Virus record (IMG/VR): IMGVR_UViG_3300042502_001233
Span: 186,001 to 250,000 of that record
Strand: one strand, 5' to 3'
Length of the DNA: 64,000 nt
Part shown: positions 37,700-47,425 of the stretch, piece after piece
Numbering within the stretch: the stretch's first letter is position 1
Layout of the letters: each line of letters opens with the position of its first letter
Notes under the pieces: generated by a model
What the model was told of the DNA's origin: nothing
What the model saw: the letters and a program-made list of their open reading frames with translations, nothing else
Database searches by the model: none
Position numbers and translations under genes: made by a program

Positions 37700-38974
37700 T
37701 TAGAACATCTCGTCTATTCCGAATACATCGTCGTCGTCATCTTCTTCACCACCCATACCTAATAGTTCGTCAATACCGAATACTTCTTTTTCTGTCGAAT
37801 TAATTTCAGTCATAGCTTCATTAAATTCTTCTTCGTTTAATTCGCTTTTAACTTTTTTGGCTATTTCTTTAACAACTTTTTTACCTTCTTCAGTACCAGC
37901 CATTATCTCTCTCATTCTAACGTTAAATTCTCTAACTGGTAACGAAACTAATTCAGTGTATATATGATGCTTGTTACCAAAATCTTCAGAATCTATAGCG
38001 TCTGTAAATCTTTCCCACAATGCTGGTCCTAATCTCATATCCCATGGCTCAGCGGCCAAGAAATCAGCTTTATCAACAACATATTTACCAATCTTTTTAT
38101 CTTTTGGTAAACCATGTCCAGATAACAATTCCATAACACCTTTTACCAATTCATGAATAAGAACTGGGAAAACCATAGCTTCAGCTTCAATAATAGCTTT
38201 AGGGTTATCTTTGGTTGGGAATGTTACTCTAACAACACCACCGTTAACACCGTTTTCCATATTAGGAATTACGTAGTACATGTAATCAGCAGCGGCCATA
38301 AGCTTTGTATATCTGTTCACCAATTTAGGGTCCATGTTAGTTAACTCATCATCAACGTTATGGAACATGTGACTACATTTTTTAGCAGCACCTTGAATCA
38401 TCGCGTTAAGAAATCTACGCTTGTAAACTTCTTCCTTAGCGTTGACTATCGCATCATGATTTTCAAATGTCATATCAGTCGATTTAGGTGTTGGATTCTT
38501 TTTAGTACCTTCCATGTTTATCCTAGGTGTAATAGTAGCTTTGATTTCTACTATGTCGTCTGGCATGTCATATTCTTCACGAATCATTTCCTCAGCCAAT
38601 TTCTCCAACTCTTTGATGTGTTTTGATTCCATTGACATTGTTTCATGAAGCAATGGCATCATTTCCATCATTACTCTTTGATTATCAATTGAATCCGAAT
38701 CAAATGCTCTTTTGTATCTATTAACAACTTCACTAAAACGTTTACCCATAATTTTTTGTTCAAAATGGTTTTCATCACCTTCTGGGATTATTGGATGTAC
38801 ACCCAATGAATGTTTACGTTCAGCCAAGTCTTTTTCTAGTTGAGGATGCATTCTTTCGGAAATACCGTCTAAGTAAACTAACCCTTCATTAAGGGTTGGT
38901 TTAACTTCTTTCTTCTCTCCAATTATTTTGGAGTTCTGCAATGCTTTTTCAGCTATTTTTCTGTAATCGCTCAT
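37700..38974 (-). CDS. Hypothetical protein (head/packaging region)
   Basis: 424-aa ORF with an acidic C terminus. Confidence 0.75.
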   Translation of the reverse strand: MSDYRKIAEKALQNSKIIGEKKEVKPTLNEGLVYLDGISERMHPQLEKDLAERKHSLGVHPIIPEGDENHFEQKIMGKRFSEVVNRYKRAFDSDSIDNQRVMMEMMPLLHETMSMESKHIKELEKLAEEMIREEYDMPDDIVEIKATITPRINMEGTKKNPTPKSTDMTFENHDAIVNAKEEVYKRRFLNAMIQGAAKKCSHMFHNVDDELTNMDPKLVNRYTKLMAAADYMYYVIPNMENGVNGGVVRVTFPTKDNPKAIIEAEAMVFPVLIHELVKGVMELLSGHGLPKDKKIGKYVVDKADFLAAEPWDMRLGPALWERFTDAIDSEDFGNKHHIYTELVSLPVREFNVRMREIMAGTEEGKKVVKEIAKKVKSELNEEEFNEAMTEINSTEKEVFGIDELLGMGGEEDDDDDVFGIDEMF

Positions 38975-40011
38975 TACTTAATATCTTTAATTTTTATTGT
39001 TTTTACTACTTTTCTATTTTCACTAATTGGCGCCAAATCTTGTTCTGGTGGCATTTGATTACCTTGTGCTTGACCAGTTTGTGGTTGTTGTTGCTGTTGT
39101 GTACTAGTTTTAGCCAAATCTTTAATTCCAGTAACCAAATTACCTAAACCAGCTCTTGGAACACCAATAAGTTCAGCAAATGCAGCAATAACTTCTCTTT
39201 GTGCTACTTTGTTCTTTTTTATCGTATCTATAACTATAGGTGGAATTCTTTTAGAAATCATAACCATAAGCTTTTTAGCTTTAGCATGCATATCCTCATC
39301 AGTCTCTTGACCAGTAGGTGTTACTTCATTTAATCCTTGTTTTTGACTACCACCAAAAACTTTGCTATGAAAAAATTTTTTAAACTCTGATAAACCCATA
39401 TATTTTTCATTGTCAGACATTGGGTATTTTGCCAAGTCTTGAATGTTTTGGAATTTTTTAAATTTACCAGTTGTCTCGTCAACTATGAAGTGTTTATAAT
39501 CACCCAATCTCAATGAATCTGGGTTATCACCTTTAGGTTGTTCACTTGGTTTAGTTTCAGGTTTAACTTCTTTTTTTTCCGCTATAGAAGCTTCCATTGT
39601 TTCACGCATTGGCTTAGCAATAGTTTTCTCAAAATGGTCAACTGGGTGAATTATATTTTCACCAGATTCATTTAAATCATCAAAACAATACACACCTAAA
39701 ACTACTTTTTTCTGCGGTGTAATACCTCTAACCATTTGATATTGTTTACCACCTATGTTAAATGGTTGTGAAATTTTATTTTTTTCATCTTTAACGTTAG
39801 ACAAGTATTTTATAGTTGCTTGGTCTTGTGGTTCAATGACAGCTTCAGCTTCTTCACCAACTACATTAACATTAACACCTTTCATTTTAGACAATGACGG
39901 CCCAACTTTTGGTAAATCTTTAGCTGATACGGTTAGATTAGCACCAGAACCACCAGAAGTGCTAGATGTAGTTAAACTAGTGTCGTATTCTTTTAATTTA
40001 TTTTTGCTCAT
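38974..40011 (-). CDS. Hypothetical protein (possible head-associated)
   Basis: 345-aa ORF with several L-x-E sites. Confidence 0.7.
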   Translation of the reverse strand: MSKNKLKEYDTSLTTSSTSGGSGANLTVSAKDLPKVGPSLSKMKGVNVNVVGEEAEAVIEPQDQATIKYLSNVKDEKNKISQPFNIGGKQYQMVRGITPQKKVVLGVYCFDDLNESGENIIHPVDHFEKTIAKPMRETMEASIAEKKEVKPETKPSEQPKGDNPDSLRLGDYKHFIVDETTGKFKKFQNIQDLAKYPMSDNEKYMGLSEFKKFFHSKVFGGSQKQGLNEVTPTGQETDEDMHAKAKKLMVMISKRIPPIVIDTIKKNKVAQREVIAAFAELIGVPRAGLGNLVTGIKDLAKTSTQQQQQPQTGQAQGNQMPPEQDLAPISENRKVVKTIKIKDIK

Positions 40012-40408
40012 GTGTTTTAATATTATAATTCAATATTAGGTCTTTTTCATATAATTTTTCTTCAACGTCACCTATAGGTTCGCCAAATCTAAAACATAGC
40101 CTTGTCTCTGGGTAAGCATCGTATGCGTTTATATTTTCCCAAGCCAAAGCTATAACACCGTCAACAGCGTCCCAAACAGCAAACGTATCACTGTTTTGAA
40201 CAACATCCAAATTCAAATCTGATTCAAGTCTTCCAACTTTTTTTATGAATTTATCATGTGGTGCTTCTGGTCTCCCAGACGCTGGGAATGTATCCCATTC
40301 TTCACCGTCAATGTCTTTTGTGGTATCAGAAAAAATAAACTCGTAGATAAAGTTACCTTTGTAATCTTTACCTACTCTGTTTACATATATCAAATACATT
40401 TTATTCAT
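39998..40408 (-). CDS. Hypothetical protein
   Basis: 136-aa ORF. Confidence 0.7.
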   Translation of the reverse strand: MNKMYLIYVNRVGKDYKGNFIYEFIFSDTTKDIDGEEWDTFPASGRPEAPHDKFIKKVGRLESDLNLDVVQNSDTFAVWDAVDGVIALAWENINAYDAYPETRLCFRFGEPIGDVEEKLYEKDLILNYNIKTHEQK

Positions 40409-42204
40409 TATTTTTTAGCTTTTGGGTCTGGTTGAGTTTCAATTTCTGGCAAGAATGTTTTTTGTCTTCTTGTCGGTTGAACTGGTTGAGTTTCCGCTGG
40501 TTTTGTTTTTGGACCAGCTGGTAATGTTTGTGGTTCTGCGTTGTTCATATTATCTTGATTTAAACTTTCGTGTAATTTATTTAACAATGTTGTTTTGTCA
40601 AATATACTAAATTTATTTGGATTTATCAAGTTTTCTTCAACTATTTTAGAAACTGGTTTCTTAGACCACATTTTACATGACCAATATTTAGGTTTTGTTC
40701 TGTCTTTAGCTTGAGCACATTTATGTCTAGCTCTAAAAGATTTTCTTCTTTTTGGGTCATCTCTTTTAATTTCCATATTAGGGTCACCAAAATTAACTTT
40801 GACTATATTACCTTTTTTGTTTCTAACATAAACTTTAAATTTTTTAACGTCACCTTTCATTGGTTTACCTAATGGTTTCCCATCATATTTTCCTTCAGCC
40901 ACCATACGTTCAACATTACCATATTCATCTTCATAACCACCTTCAGTATCACCATCATAAGCGTTTAATGTGTTAGCTAGGAAATGGTAAACTTCTTCCA
41001 TATCATCATTAGCTGTTGCGATGTGGTCCAAGGCCCAACCGTGTCCGTTTGAAAGTATCCTATCTACCATAGAGTTATCCATTTCTAACAATTCACCAGA
41101 TGCATGTGCAATGGTTTTAAGGCTAGACCAAAACATATAATTGTTTGTTTCACCCATATCACCTTCCATCATGTTACCAGTTTCCATATTTCCTTCCAAG
41201 AAATGATAAACTTCTTCAATATCATCTTTTGATGTGATAACGTGTTCTAGAGCCCATTGATGACCATCAGCAATTAAATTATCAACACCTAACTTATCCA
41301 TATTCAACATTTCTATAGCGTCATCATGAATACCTTTAAGGTTTAACCAAAACATATAGTTGTTTGACTCACCTTCATTTTCTTCAGTTAATTTATCCCA
41401 TTGTTTTTTATCTGGATAGTCTTCATCGCCTGGTTTTGCTGGTGACTCACCTCTTTCTTTTTTAGCACGAATGTTGGCCCATAAACCTTCTGATTCTTCA
41501 TTAACTGGAACACAATTAGGGACTTCTTTACCGTTTTTTTCTTTCATCCCAACTTGTTTGTATCCTTTCCAACAAGCTTCAGTTAGTCTATTTTCTTCCA
41601 TAAACTCTGGACTATCTTCAGGTGCGAAAATGCTCATTCTTTTTGGGTTTTCCAAAAAGAAATCTTCATTCTCATAAATTTGGTAACTGTTTTCTCCAAG
41701 GTCTTCTTCATCTGATGAAAAGTCAAAATCATCATCACCAGCAGCCCCGTCATCGGGTCCACCTTGAGTATCGTCTCCAAAATCGGTGCTATCCTGATTA
41801 TCCGAACCAGAATCTTGTGCGTCATCTTTACCAGCGCTATTAATTTTCTTAATTATATCTTTTCTGTCGTTTTCATCCATTTCAGATGTGTGAGTAGCAG
41901 ATATCACCGAGTTTATTGCAAACTTCTCTAAATCAAAATCTGGTTGACCAGATTCATCGGAATAGCTTCTTAATGACTGACCTAATTTACCACTCAATTG
42001 TTCAATGAATTTCTTTGGGTCTGTTTCTTCATCAGCGTCAACACCCGCATCAAATGGTTCTTTGTCAAATGGTGCATCGTCTGCTGGAGCAGCTTCTTCC
42101 TCACCACCAAAATCACCAAAACCAGCGTCATCAGCTGGTTCTGTCATGGGTTCAGCTGGAGCGGGTGCAGGCGCAGCGGGTGCTGCTGGTGCAGGTTTAT
42201 CCAA
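40408..42204 (-). CDS. Large acidic multi-module protein, probably the -1 frameshift extension of the upstream ORF
   Basis: The only start is a TTG with no obvious initiation context, while the frame stays open up to the A10 run (KKTLNEAKKYTLKLDKPAP). Contains a duplicated NNYMFW...GHxWALxH module. Confidence 0.7.
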   Translation of the reverse strand: MDKPAPAAPAAPAPAPAEPMTEPADDAGFGDFGGEEEAAPADDAPFDKEPFDAGVDADEETDPKKFIEQLSGKLGQSLRSYSDESGQPDFDLEKFAINSVISATHTSEMDENDRKDIIKKINSAGKDDAQDSGSDNQDSTDFGDDTQGGPDDGAAGDDDFDFSSDEEDLGENSYQIYENEDFFLENPKRMSIFAPEDSPEFMEENRLTEACWKGYKQVGMKEKNGKEVPNCVPVNEESEGLWANIRAKKERGESPAKPGDEDYPDKKQWDKLTEENEGESNNYMFWLNLKGIHDDAIEMLNMDKLGVDNLIADGHQWALEHVITSKDDIEEVYHFLEGNMETGNMMEGDMGETNNYMFWSSLKTIAHASGELLEMDNSMVDRILSNGHGWALDHIATANDDMEEVYHFLANTLNAYDGDTEGGYEDEYGNVERMVAEGKYDGKPLGKPMKGDVKKFKVYVRNKKGNIVKVNFGDPNMEIKRDDPKRRKSFRARHKCAQAKDRTKPKYWSCKMWSKKPVSKIVEENLINPNKFSIFDKTTLLNKLHESLNQDNMNNAEPQTLPAGPKTKPAETQPVQPTRRQKTFLPEIETQPDPKAKK

Positions 42205-42230
42205 CTTTAATGTATATTTTTTAGCTTCGT

Positions 42231-43466
42231 TTAAAGTTTTTTTTTTAAATCAGCTATAGCTTCTTTTATTTCTTCAAGAGTTAATGCTTCATCCATAGCG
42301 TCATTTTTAGTCGCACCAGCGATTTTATCAGCGTATGTGATTTTATCTTTAGGTTCAGCCAAAGCAGCAAATTCTTTATCTTCATCTGACATTTCTTCAT
42401 TAATATCTGGATATTGTTTGTTGAAATAATCTCTAGCTTTATCCATACCAGTAGACAATTTTTGAGAAATAACATTTTTAAAATCTCTACCAGCATCACC
42501 TAATAATTGAAGTAATTCAGCAGCAGACATATTGTCTAATCTATTCATCAATTCATCATTCGACATGTTATCATCATTTACCATGTTACCTTCTCCGTAC
42601 ATGTCTTCTTCCATGTAACTTTCGTCATACATGTCTTCTTCCATATAACTTTCGTCATTTCTTAATTTAGAAAAATCATCCCCATCAAGTTTGCCGTTAC
42701 GATTCATATCAAGTTTATATTGGTTTCCACGCAATTCTTCATCAACTGGTATCTCCAATTCGCTTGGTGGGTTTGGTATTTGGTCTTCAGCATCGGTTCT
42801 ATAAAAATCATTACCGTTATCTTCTATCATTTTGTCAATGTATTGTTCTTCTTCAGACATTTCCATATCATCACCAAACATACCTTCATCAACAAATCCG
42901 TTACCTGACATTTCAGCAAATCCAGCCCAACCTTCATCAATTTTTTTAACTTTTTCAAATTCTTTTGCTGTTTTACCTTTAGCAACATTGTCACCAAATC
43001 CGTCTTCCTCAGAACCTTCTTTAGCTTCTTGTTTTAACTCAGAACCTTTTTTGTCTACAATGTGTTTAGATGCAAAGTTTTCTTCGTTCAACAAATCATC
43101 GTCTTCAAATACGTTGATGTTACTATCTGTACCATAAGCTTCTGCCAAAGATTTAAACGTTAAGTTTAAATGTTTAGTTGCTTTAGCGTATGATGGATAA
43201 GCTTCTTTCTTTTTGTTTTGCAAACCACCAATGTATTTAAAATCTTCAGTTACAAGTTTTGAAGTTTTATCTGATACTTTGATGTAATATTCGTGATTTT
43301 CTCTAACAATAGCATAAGCTTTACCGTCAGGACCCATTTTAGTCAATTCAATAACTGAACGAGAAACATTTTCGTTGATAGGTGTAATACCCATAAGTTG
43401 CTTCATACGTTCATTGATTTCGTTTCCTTTTAAACCAACTGGGTTAATTTTAAAATCTTTTTTCAT
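42231..43466 (-). CDS. Acidic hypothetical protein ending at a slippery site
   Basis: Ends GAT TTA AAA AAA AAA CTT TAA; internal DESYMEEDMY duplication. Confidence 0.75.
   Translation of the reverse strand: MKKDFKINPVGLKGNEINERMKQLMGITPINENVSRSVIELTKMGPDGKAYAIVRENHEYYIKVSDKTSKLVTEDFKYIGGLQNKKKEAYPSYAKATKHLNLTFKSLAEAYGTDSNINVFEDDDLLNEENFASKHIVDKKGSELKQEAKEGSEEDGFGDNVAKGKTAKEFEKVKKIDEGWAGFAEMSGNGFVDEGMFGDDMEMSEEEQYIDKMIEDNGNDFYRTDAEDQIPNPPSELEIPVDEELRGNQYKLDMNRNGKLDGDDFSKLRNDESYMEEDMYDESYMEEDMYGEGNMVNDDNMSNDELMNRLDNMSAAELLQLLGDAGRDFKNVISQKLSTGMDKARDYFNKQYPDINEEMSDEDKEFAALAEPKDKITYADKIAGATKNDAMDEALTLEEIKEAIADLKKKL
42237..42246 (-). other. A10 putative -1 frameshift/transcriptional slippage site
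   Basis: T TTA AAA and A AAA AAA heptamers two codons before the stop; the -1 frame is open for about 610 codons. Confidence 0.6.
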
Positions 43467-43489
43467 ATTTTTAATTTTATTTGTTTTTA

Positions 43490-43732
43490 TTATAATTGAG
43501 TCGACCCTTGATAAACATCTTGGTTAGTACCTAATAACCAACAACCAGACCCACCACTAACAGTTTTAACCCAAACACTTATATTTGATGAACTAGCTAC
43601 GCTTATATTTACACCGTTTACGGTTATATTACAACCAGTGCTACCACCATATATTTCAGTATATGTGTGTGCTGTTAAATTAGCTGTTTGTGCTGACACA
43701 ATAACGTCATGTATGTTTGAAAAATTTGCCAT
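43490..43732 (-). CDS. Small hypothetical protein (possible virion protein)
   Basis: 80-aa ORF after ATATTTAT at 43749-43756. Confidence 0.6.
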   Translation of the reverse strand: MANFSNIHDVIVSAQTANLTAHTYTEIYGGSTGCNITVNGVNISVASSSNISVWVKTVSGGSGCWLLGTNQDVYQGSTQL

Positions 43733-43766
43733 ATTCTTATGTTTCTTAATAAATATTCATAAAAAC

Positions 43767-43793
43767 AAAAAAAGCTCTGTAATAGAGCTTTTT
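43767..43793 (-). terminator. Terminator after the thyA operon
   Basis: AAAAGCTCT-GTAAT-AGAGCTTTT. Confidence 0.75.
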
Positions 43794-43795
43794 AT

Positions 43796-43918
43796 TTAAT
43801 TTTTAAAACTAAATACCATTAACAAGACAAAACCTATTGCGATTATGACTTGACCCAACAATACCCAACCACTATATTTTAAATCTTTTAGTAATTTTCC
43901 ATATTCATCATGCTTCAT
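43796..43918 (-). CDS. 40-aa single-pass membrane protein
   Basis: Translated by hand as MKHDEYGKLLKDLKYSGWVLLGQVIIAIGFVLLMVFSFKN; overlaps the upstream stop. Confidence 0.45.
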   Translation of the reverse strand: MKHDEYGKLLKDLKYSGWVLLGQVIIAIGFVLLMVFSFKN

Positions 43919-44111
43919 CTTTTTTTATACCTAAGGTTGCGTTTTTATATATTTTTAGTTGGTCTGAAAGATAATGTCTAACATCACCACCATCACAAAG
44001 GACGACACACCAAATGTCATTTTCAAATTGACCACCGTTGGTCACATATATTGCGTAACCTTCTTTGTTACCTTCTACAATTACTGGTATTGGATTTTGG
44101 AACTCTAACAT
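43908..44111 (-). CDS. Small hypothetical protein
   Basis: 67-aa ORF directly after thyA. Confidence 0.6.
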   Translation of the reverse strand: MLEFQNPIPVIVEGNKEGYAIYVTNGGQFENDIWCVVLCDGGDVRHYLSDQLKIYKNATLGIKKDEA

Positions 44112-44114
44112 AAT

Positions 44115-44562
44115 TTAGTTGCTTAAAGGTGCTTTAATTGTTGAGTGTGATTGGTAATTTTCTAGTTCAAATTGAGCTATACTCAGGTAATCTATGTCAA
44201 TTCCTGTTATAGGGCAAGGGTTGAATTTAAGTGTTGGTAACGGAAAAGGTTCTCTCGTTCTTTCAGGAACACTTCCTTGGTGTCTACCAGATAAAAATAT
44301 ATGTTTATGTGAATCAGATGTTAACTTATTATATGTATCCATCGCATATTCATTTTCTTTATTACCCCATAATTCAAATCTTTCATTTAATATTAATTCT
44401 CTACCAATCTGTTCTTTTGCTTGTTCAATATGGTTTGAATATAAATGAACATCACCCAAATTCCCAATCAATTGGTCAGGAACCATATTAACTGATTTTG
44501 CTATTATTTCTAATAACAATCCATAAGAAGCAATGTTAAATGGTAACCCTAAAAACGTATCT
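44115..44562 (-). CDS. thyA: Thymidylate synthase C-terminal chain, exon 2
   Basis: After splicing it reads (V)DTFLGLPFNIASYG...GDVHLYSNH...IKAPLSN. Confidence 0.92.
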
Positions 44563-45577
44563 CATTATATTCATATAAGGTCGTTAATCTTACACAGTTC
44601 TCTTATGAACTTCTTTATGTTTCCATAAAGATTAGACTATATCACAACCCAAATATTTGGGTTTTCATCTTTTCCACTCACTTGAGTGTACTCCCTGTCG
44701 GGATAGTCGTTAGGCATTTATTTATATTGATAATCTGGGTAATTAATACTTTTAATTCTGTTTAAAATTGTTGCTGGTTTAACATTGAAAACTCTAGCAC
44801 ATTCTGATAAAGATTTAAACTCTTCATCGTTAACGATTACTATTTTTTCTTGGTTACCATTATATTTCCCAGTTCTTTTCTCACTTAAAATTTTTTTGGT
44901 TTCTTGTGAATGTTGTTTATTAAAAAATGGGTTATTTTCACCACTTCTATCTAAACATTTTATACATTTTTTTGTCACACTATCTATTCTAGAACCACAT
45001 TCACAAAAAGTTTTACCACCTTTCCAATTAGGATTATCACTTTTAAATCTTGGTTCTTGTTTAGGTGCCTTTCTAAGGTTTTCAATCGCTTTTTTGATTA
45101 TATTAACTTTATTTGGGTGGTTAGATATTAAATCACCACCACTAGCACTTTTCGAAACATTGTATAGTTCATTAAAAGATATTGAATCTAATAATTCTTG
45201 TTCTTTATCTTTATAATTTTCACATTCTAAAATAATTTCTAATTTAAAATTATCTTCACCGTATTTATTAAACGCTCTTTGTAAATGAATACAATGGTGT
45301 TTATTTTTTCTAAGTTCGTTAAAATGTTTTAAAGTTCTTTTTTTTATTTCTTTAGTACTACCTAAATAGTATTTGTTCGTTTCTAAATTAATAATTTTAT
45401 AAATGTATCCCATAATGTTTTTATTATAAATATGTAGATAAATTAAAAAGTAACCCTAAAACGGTATCATCATAAATTTTAGCACGGGATTGTCTACAAC
45501 ATAACTTGTTTAGGTGTTCCCCGTTTAGATGAATTTTTCGAAACATATTACTATGTTAAGCCGCAGATTTTTCGTTT
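44563..45577 (-). mobile_element. Group I self-splicing intron (1015 nt) in thyA
   Basis: The 5' exon ends CCGU and pairs with IGS GCGG (U-G wobble). IGS AUCU pairs with 3' exon AGAU (P10). P3 UUCAUCU/AGAUGAA, R element AACGACUA, S element GAUAUAGUC and a terminal G are all present. Splicing restores RSVDTFLGLPFN in frame. Confidence 0.92.
44718..45413 (-). CDS. Intron-encoded GIY-YIG endonuclease (I-TevI-like architecture)
   Basis: YIYKIINLETNKYYLGST, a CECG...CIKC zinc finger, NUMOD3-like NPFFNKQHSQETK and a C-terminal HTH; has its own ATATTTAT motif at 45426-45433. Confidence 0.9.
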   Translation of the reverse strand: MGYIYKIINLETNKYYLGSTKEIKKRTLKHFNELRKNKHHCIHLQRAFNKYGEDNFKLEIILECENYKDKEQELLDSISFNELYNVSKSASGGDLISNHPNKVNIIKKAIENLRKAPKQEPRFKSDNPNWKGGKTFCECGSRIDSVTKKCIKCLDRSGENNPFFNKQHSQETKKILSEKRTGKYNGNQEKIVIVNDEEFKSLSECARVFNVKPATILNRIKSINYPDYQYK

Positions 45578-45999
45578 ACGGAACGTTGACTCCACATTAA
45601 AGAGATTGTTCTGGTTGGAATCCCAGTTAAATCATTACCTTCCATATTTACTGAATCGTAACCATATTTTTTCCAATATAAATCTTCTCTTTCTTTTTGA
45701 CTCAACTCTCTTGTATAAACTTGAAAATCTGTGTGACAAGGTGGTAGCACCATATCTTTAAGTTTATGTGGTTGCCAAGCAGAAACTCTAAGTCTTCTAG
45801 AATCTGGGTTATTTTTTAACCCATCTATTAATTCAGTTATTTGGTCAACACCTTCAAAGTTACGCCAACCAGAACCATAAATAGGTCCTAAATCACCAAA
45901 ACGTTTAGAAAAGTCCTCATCGTTTTTAATTCGTTCAATAAATTCTTCCTGACTCAACGGTCTACCAGATTCATGTAAATCTTCTTTTTTTACTTTCAT
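45578..45999 (-). CDS. thyA: Thymidylate synthase C-terminal chain, exon 1
   Basis: [20 protein letters not shown] (catalytic Cys) and WSQRSV. Confidence 0.9.
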
Positions 46000-46331
46000 T
46001 CTTTTTTATTTTTATTTATGTTATTTAATTTCTCACATTCTTTTAGATACGCTTTATAAGCATCTCCATTCCAAATGTTACAGTCATTCTTTAAAAGATA
46101 TTCTATTGAAGTATCACCTCGTAAGAACCAAAGAAGTTCTGTTACGATTGTTTTAAATGGCATCTTTTTGGTTGTAAGTAAAGGAAACCCATCTTTCATA
46201 TCGTGACGTATTTGTCTTCCGAATACTGAGATTGTTCCTGTACCAGTACGGTCAGATTTAGGGGTGCCGTTATCAAGAATGTCTTGAAGAAGTTCCGTGT
46301 AATCTTTGTCTAACTTGTTTATAAATCCCAT
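45996..46331 (-). CDS. thyA: Thymidylate synthase N-terminal fragment (separate ORF)
   Basis: [23 protein letters not shown] and NIW; ends in a TGA that overlaps the ATG of the next part (ATGA). Confidence 0.9.
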   Translation of the reverse strand: MGFINKLDKDYTELLQDILDNGTPKSDRTGTGTISVFGRQIRHDMKDGFPLLTTKKMPFKTIVTELLWFLRGDTSIEYLLKNDCNIWNGDAYKAYLKECEKLNNINKNKKE

Positions 46332-46355
46332 AGGCTTTTTCTTTTACGTTTTATT

Positions 46356-46508
46356 TTATCTAGTAGTAACTGTAGTATCAGCGCTATCATTTGTATCTTC
46401 TTCTTCATCTTTTATTTCTGTAATGTGTTGATACCACAATGGGTTTGGTAATCCACTATAATGGTCCCATAACCCATCATCAATAAGATTTACTTTATTT
46501 TTCGTCAT
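46356..46508 (-). CDS. 50-aa hypothetical protein
   Basis: Translated by hand as MTKNKVNLIDDGLWDHYSGLPNPLWY... Confidence 0.5.
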   Translation of the reverse strand: MTKNKVNLIDDGLWDHYSGLPNPLWYQHITEIKDEEEDTNDSADTTVTTR

Positions 46509-46713
46509 TGAAATATTTGTTAATAATTTCCAATCTATCTTCAGCGTCAGCTAAAAGGCGTAGTGATTCTGTAGCATCTGCTAAAAAATCGTTAGCAGTG
46601 TGGTCACCAATACCTACACCTTGGTTTTCTAATAAGTCTAAAGACATTAATGCTTTTTCTTTATCAGCTAGCGCTTGCGCTTTTAATGCTGATATTACTC
46701 TTGTTTTTCCCAT
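46495..46713 (-). CDS. Small hypothetical protein
   Basis: 72-aa helical ORF containing GIGDH. Confidence 0.65.
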   Translation of the reverse strand: MGKTRVISALKAQALADKEKALMSLDLLENQGVGIGDHTANDFLADATESLRLLADAEDRLEIINKYFNDEK

Positions 46714-46722
46714 GTTTTTAAT

Positions 46723-47001
46723 TTATTCGTCTTTTTGTAATTTTAAATATTCGTCTATTTGTTCTAAACTTGGTTTAGCGTTTTCGTGTTCTTTGGTAAA
46801 GTTGTAGGTTTTACCGTAGCTAGTTGTAATTTCTTTTGTACCTTCAAAAAACTCAATAAGTTCTTTTTTGGTACATGACTCAACAACATGTCCTTGGTCA
46901 TCAATAATTAGGAAAATGTTACCTGTTGGAATATGATACGCTTTAAGCACATCACCTTCAAAATTTAACAACCCTAATCGTTTGTAGTCTTTGTTTTTCA
47001 T
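46723..47001 (-). CDS. Hypothetical protein
   Basis: 92-aa ORF. Confidence 0.6.
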   Translation of the reverse strand: MKNKDYKRLGLLNFEGDVLKAYHIPTGNIFLIIDDQGHVVESCTKKELIEFFEGTKEITTSYGKTYNFTKEHENAKPSLEQIDEYLKLQKDE

Positions 47002-47423
47002 TATCTTCTAATTAAAATGTATTTGTAATTTTTTTGTGGTATTTCAACTTCTGGTTCAGAAACTTTTCTAACAGACTCATAAACCTTTTGGTTAAAATGA
47101 TAGTTGGTCAGTTTTACTTGAGCCATGCGTACATATTCACCATCTGGACCCCTATGCACTAGATAACCATCAATTGTTGGGTAAAAATAAACCATACCAC
47201 CTTTACATCTAGTGTTTTCAACCAAATCTCTATAGTTACCTCTAAATGTTTTGGTGTTAATAGGTTTAGTATTCATTACAACTTTACTGTGTTCATGAAA
47301 ATCTATTGGACTATAAATTTTATGTTCATCCATTTCAATATGCATAAACATTGGCATATCAACAACACCAATAAAAGGACATCCTTCGACGTCCTTTACT
47401 GTTGTTTTATTTGTAATTAACAT
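47001..47423 (-). CDS. Hypothetical protein
   Basis: 140-aa ORF. Confidence 0.6.
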   Translation of the reverse strand: MLITNKTTVKDVEGCPFIGVVDMPMFMHIEMDEHKIYSPIDFHEHSKVVMNTKPINTKTFRGNYRDLVENTRCKGGMVYFYPTIDGYLVHRGPDGEYVRMAQVKLTNYHFNQKVYESVRKVSEPEVEIPQKNYKYILIRR

Positions 47424-47425
47424 AA

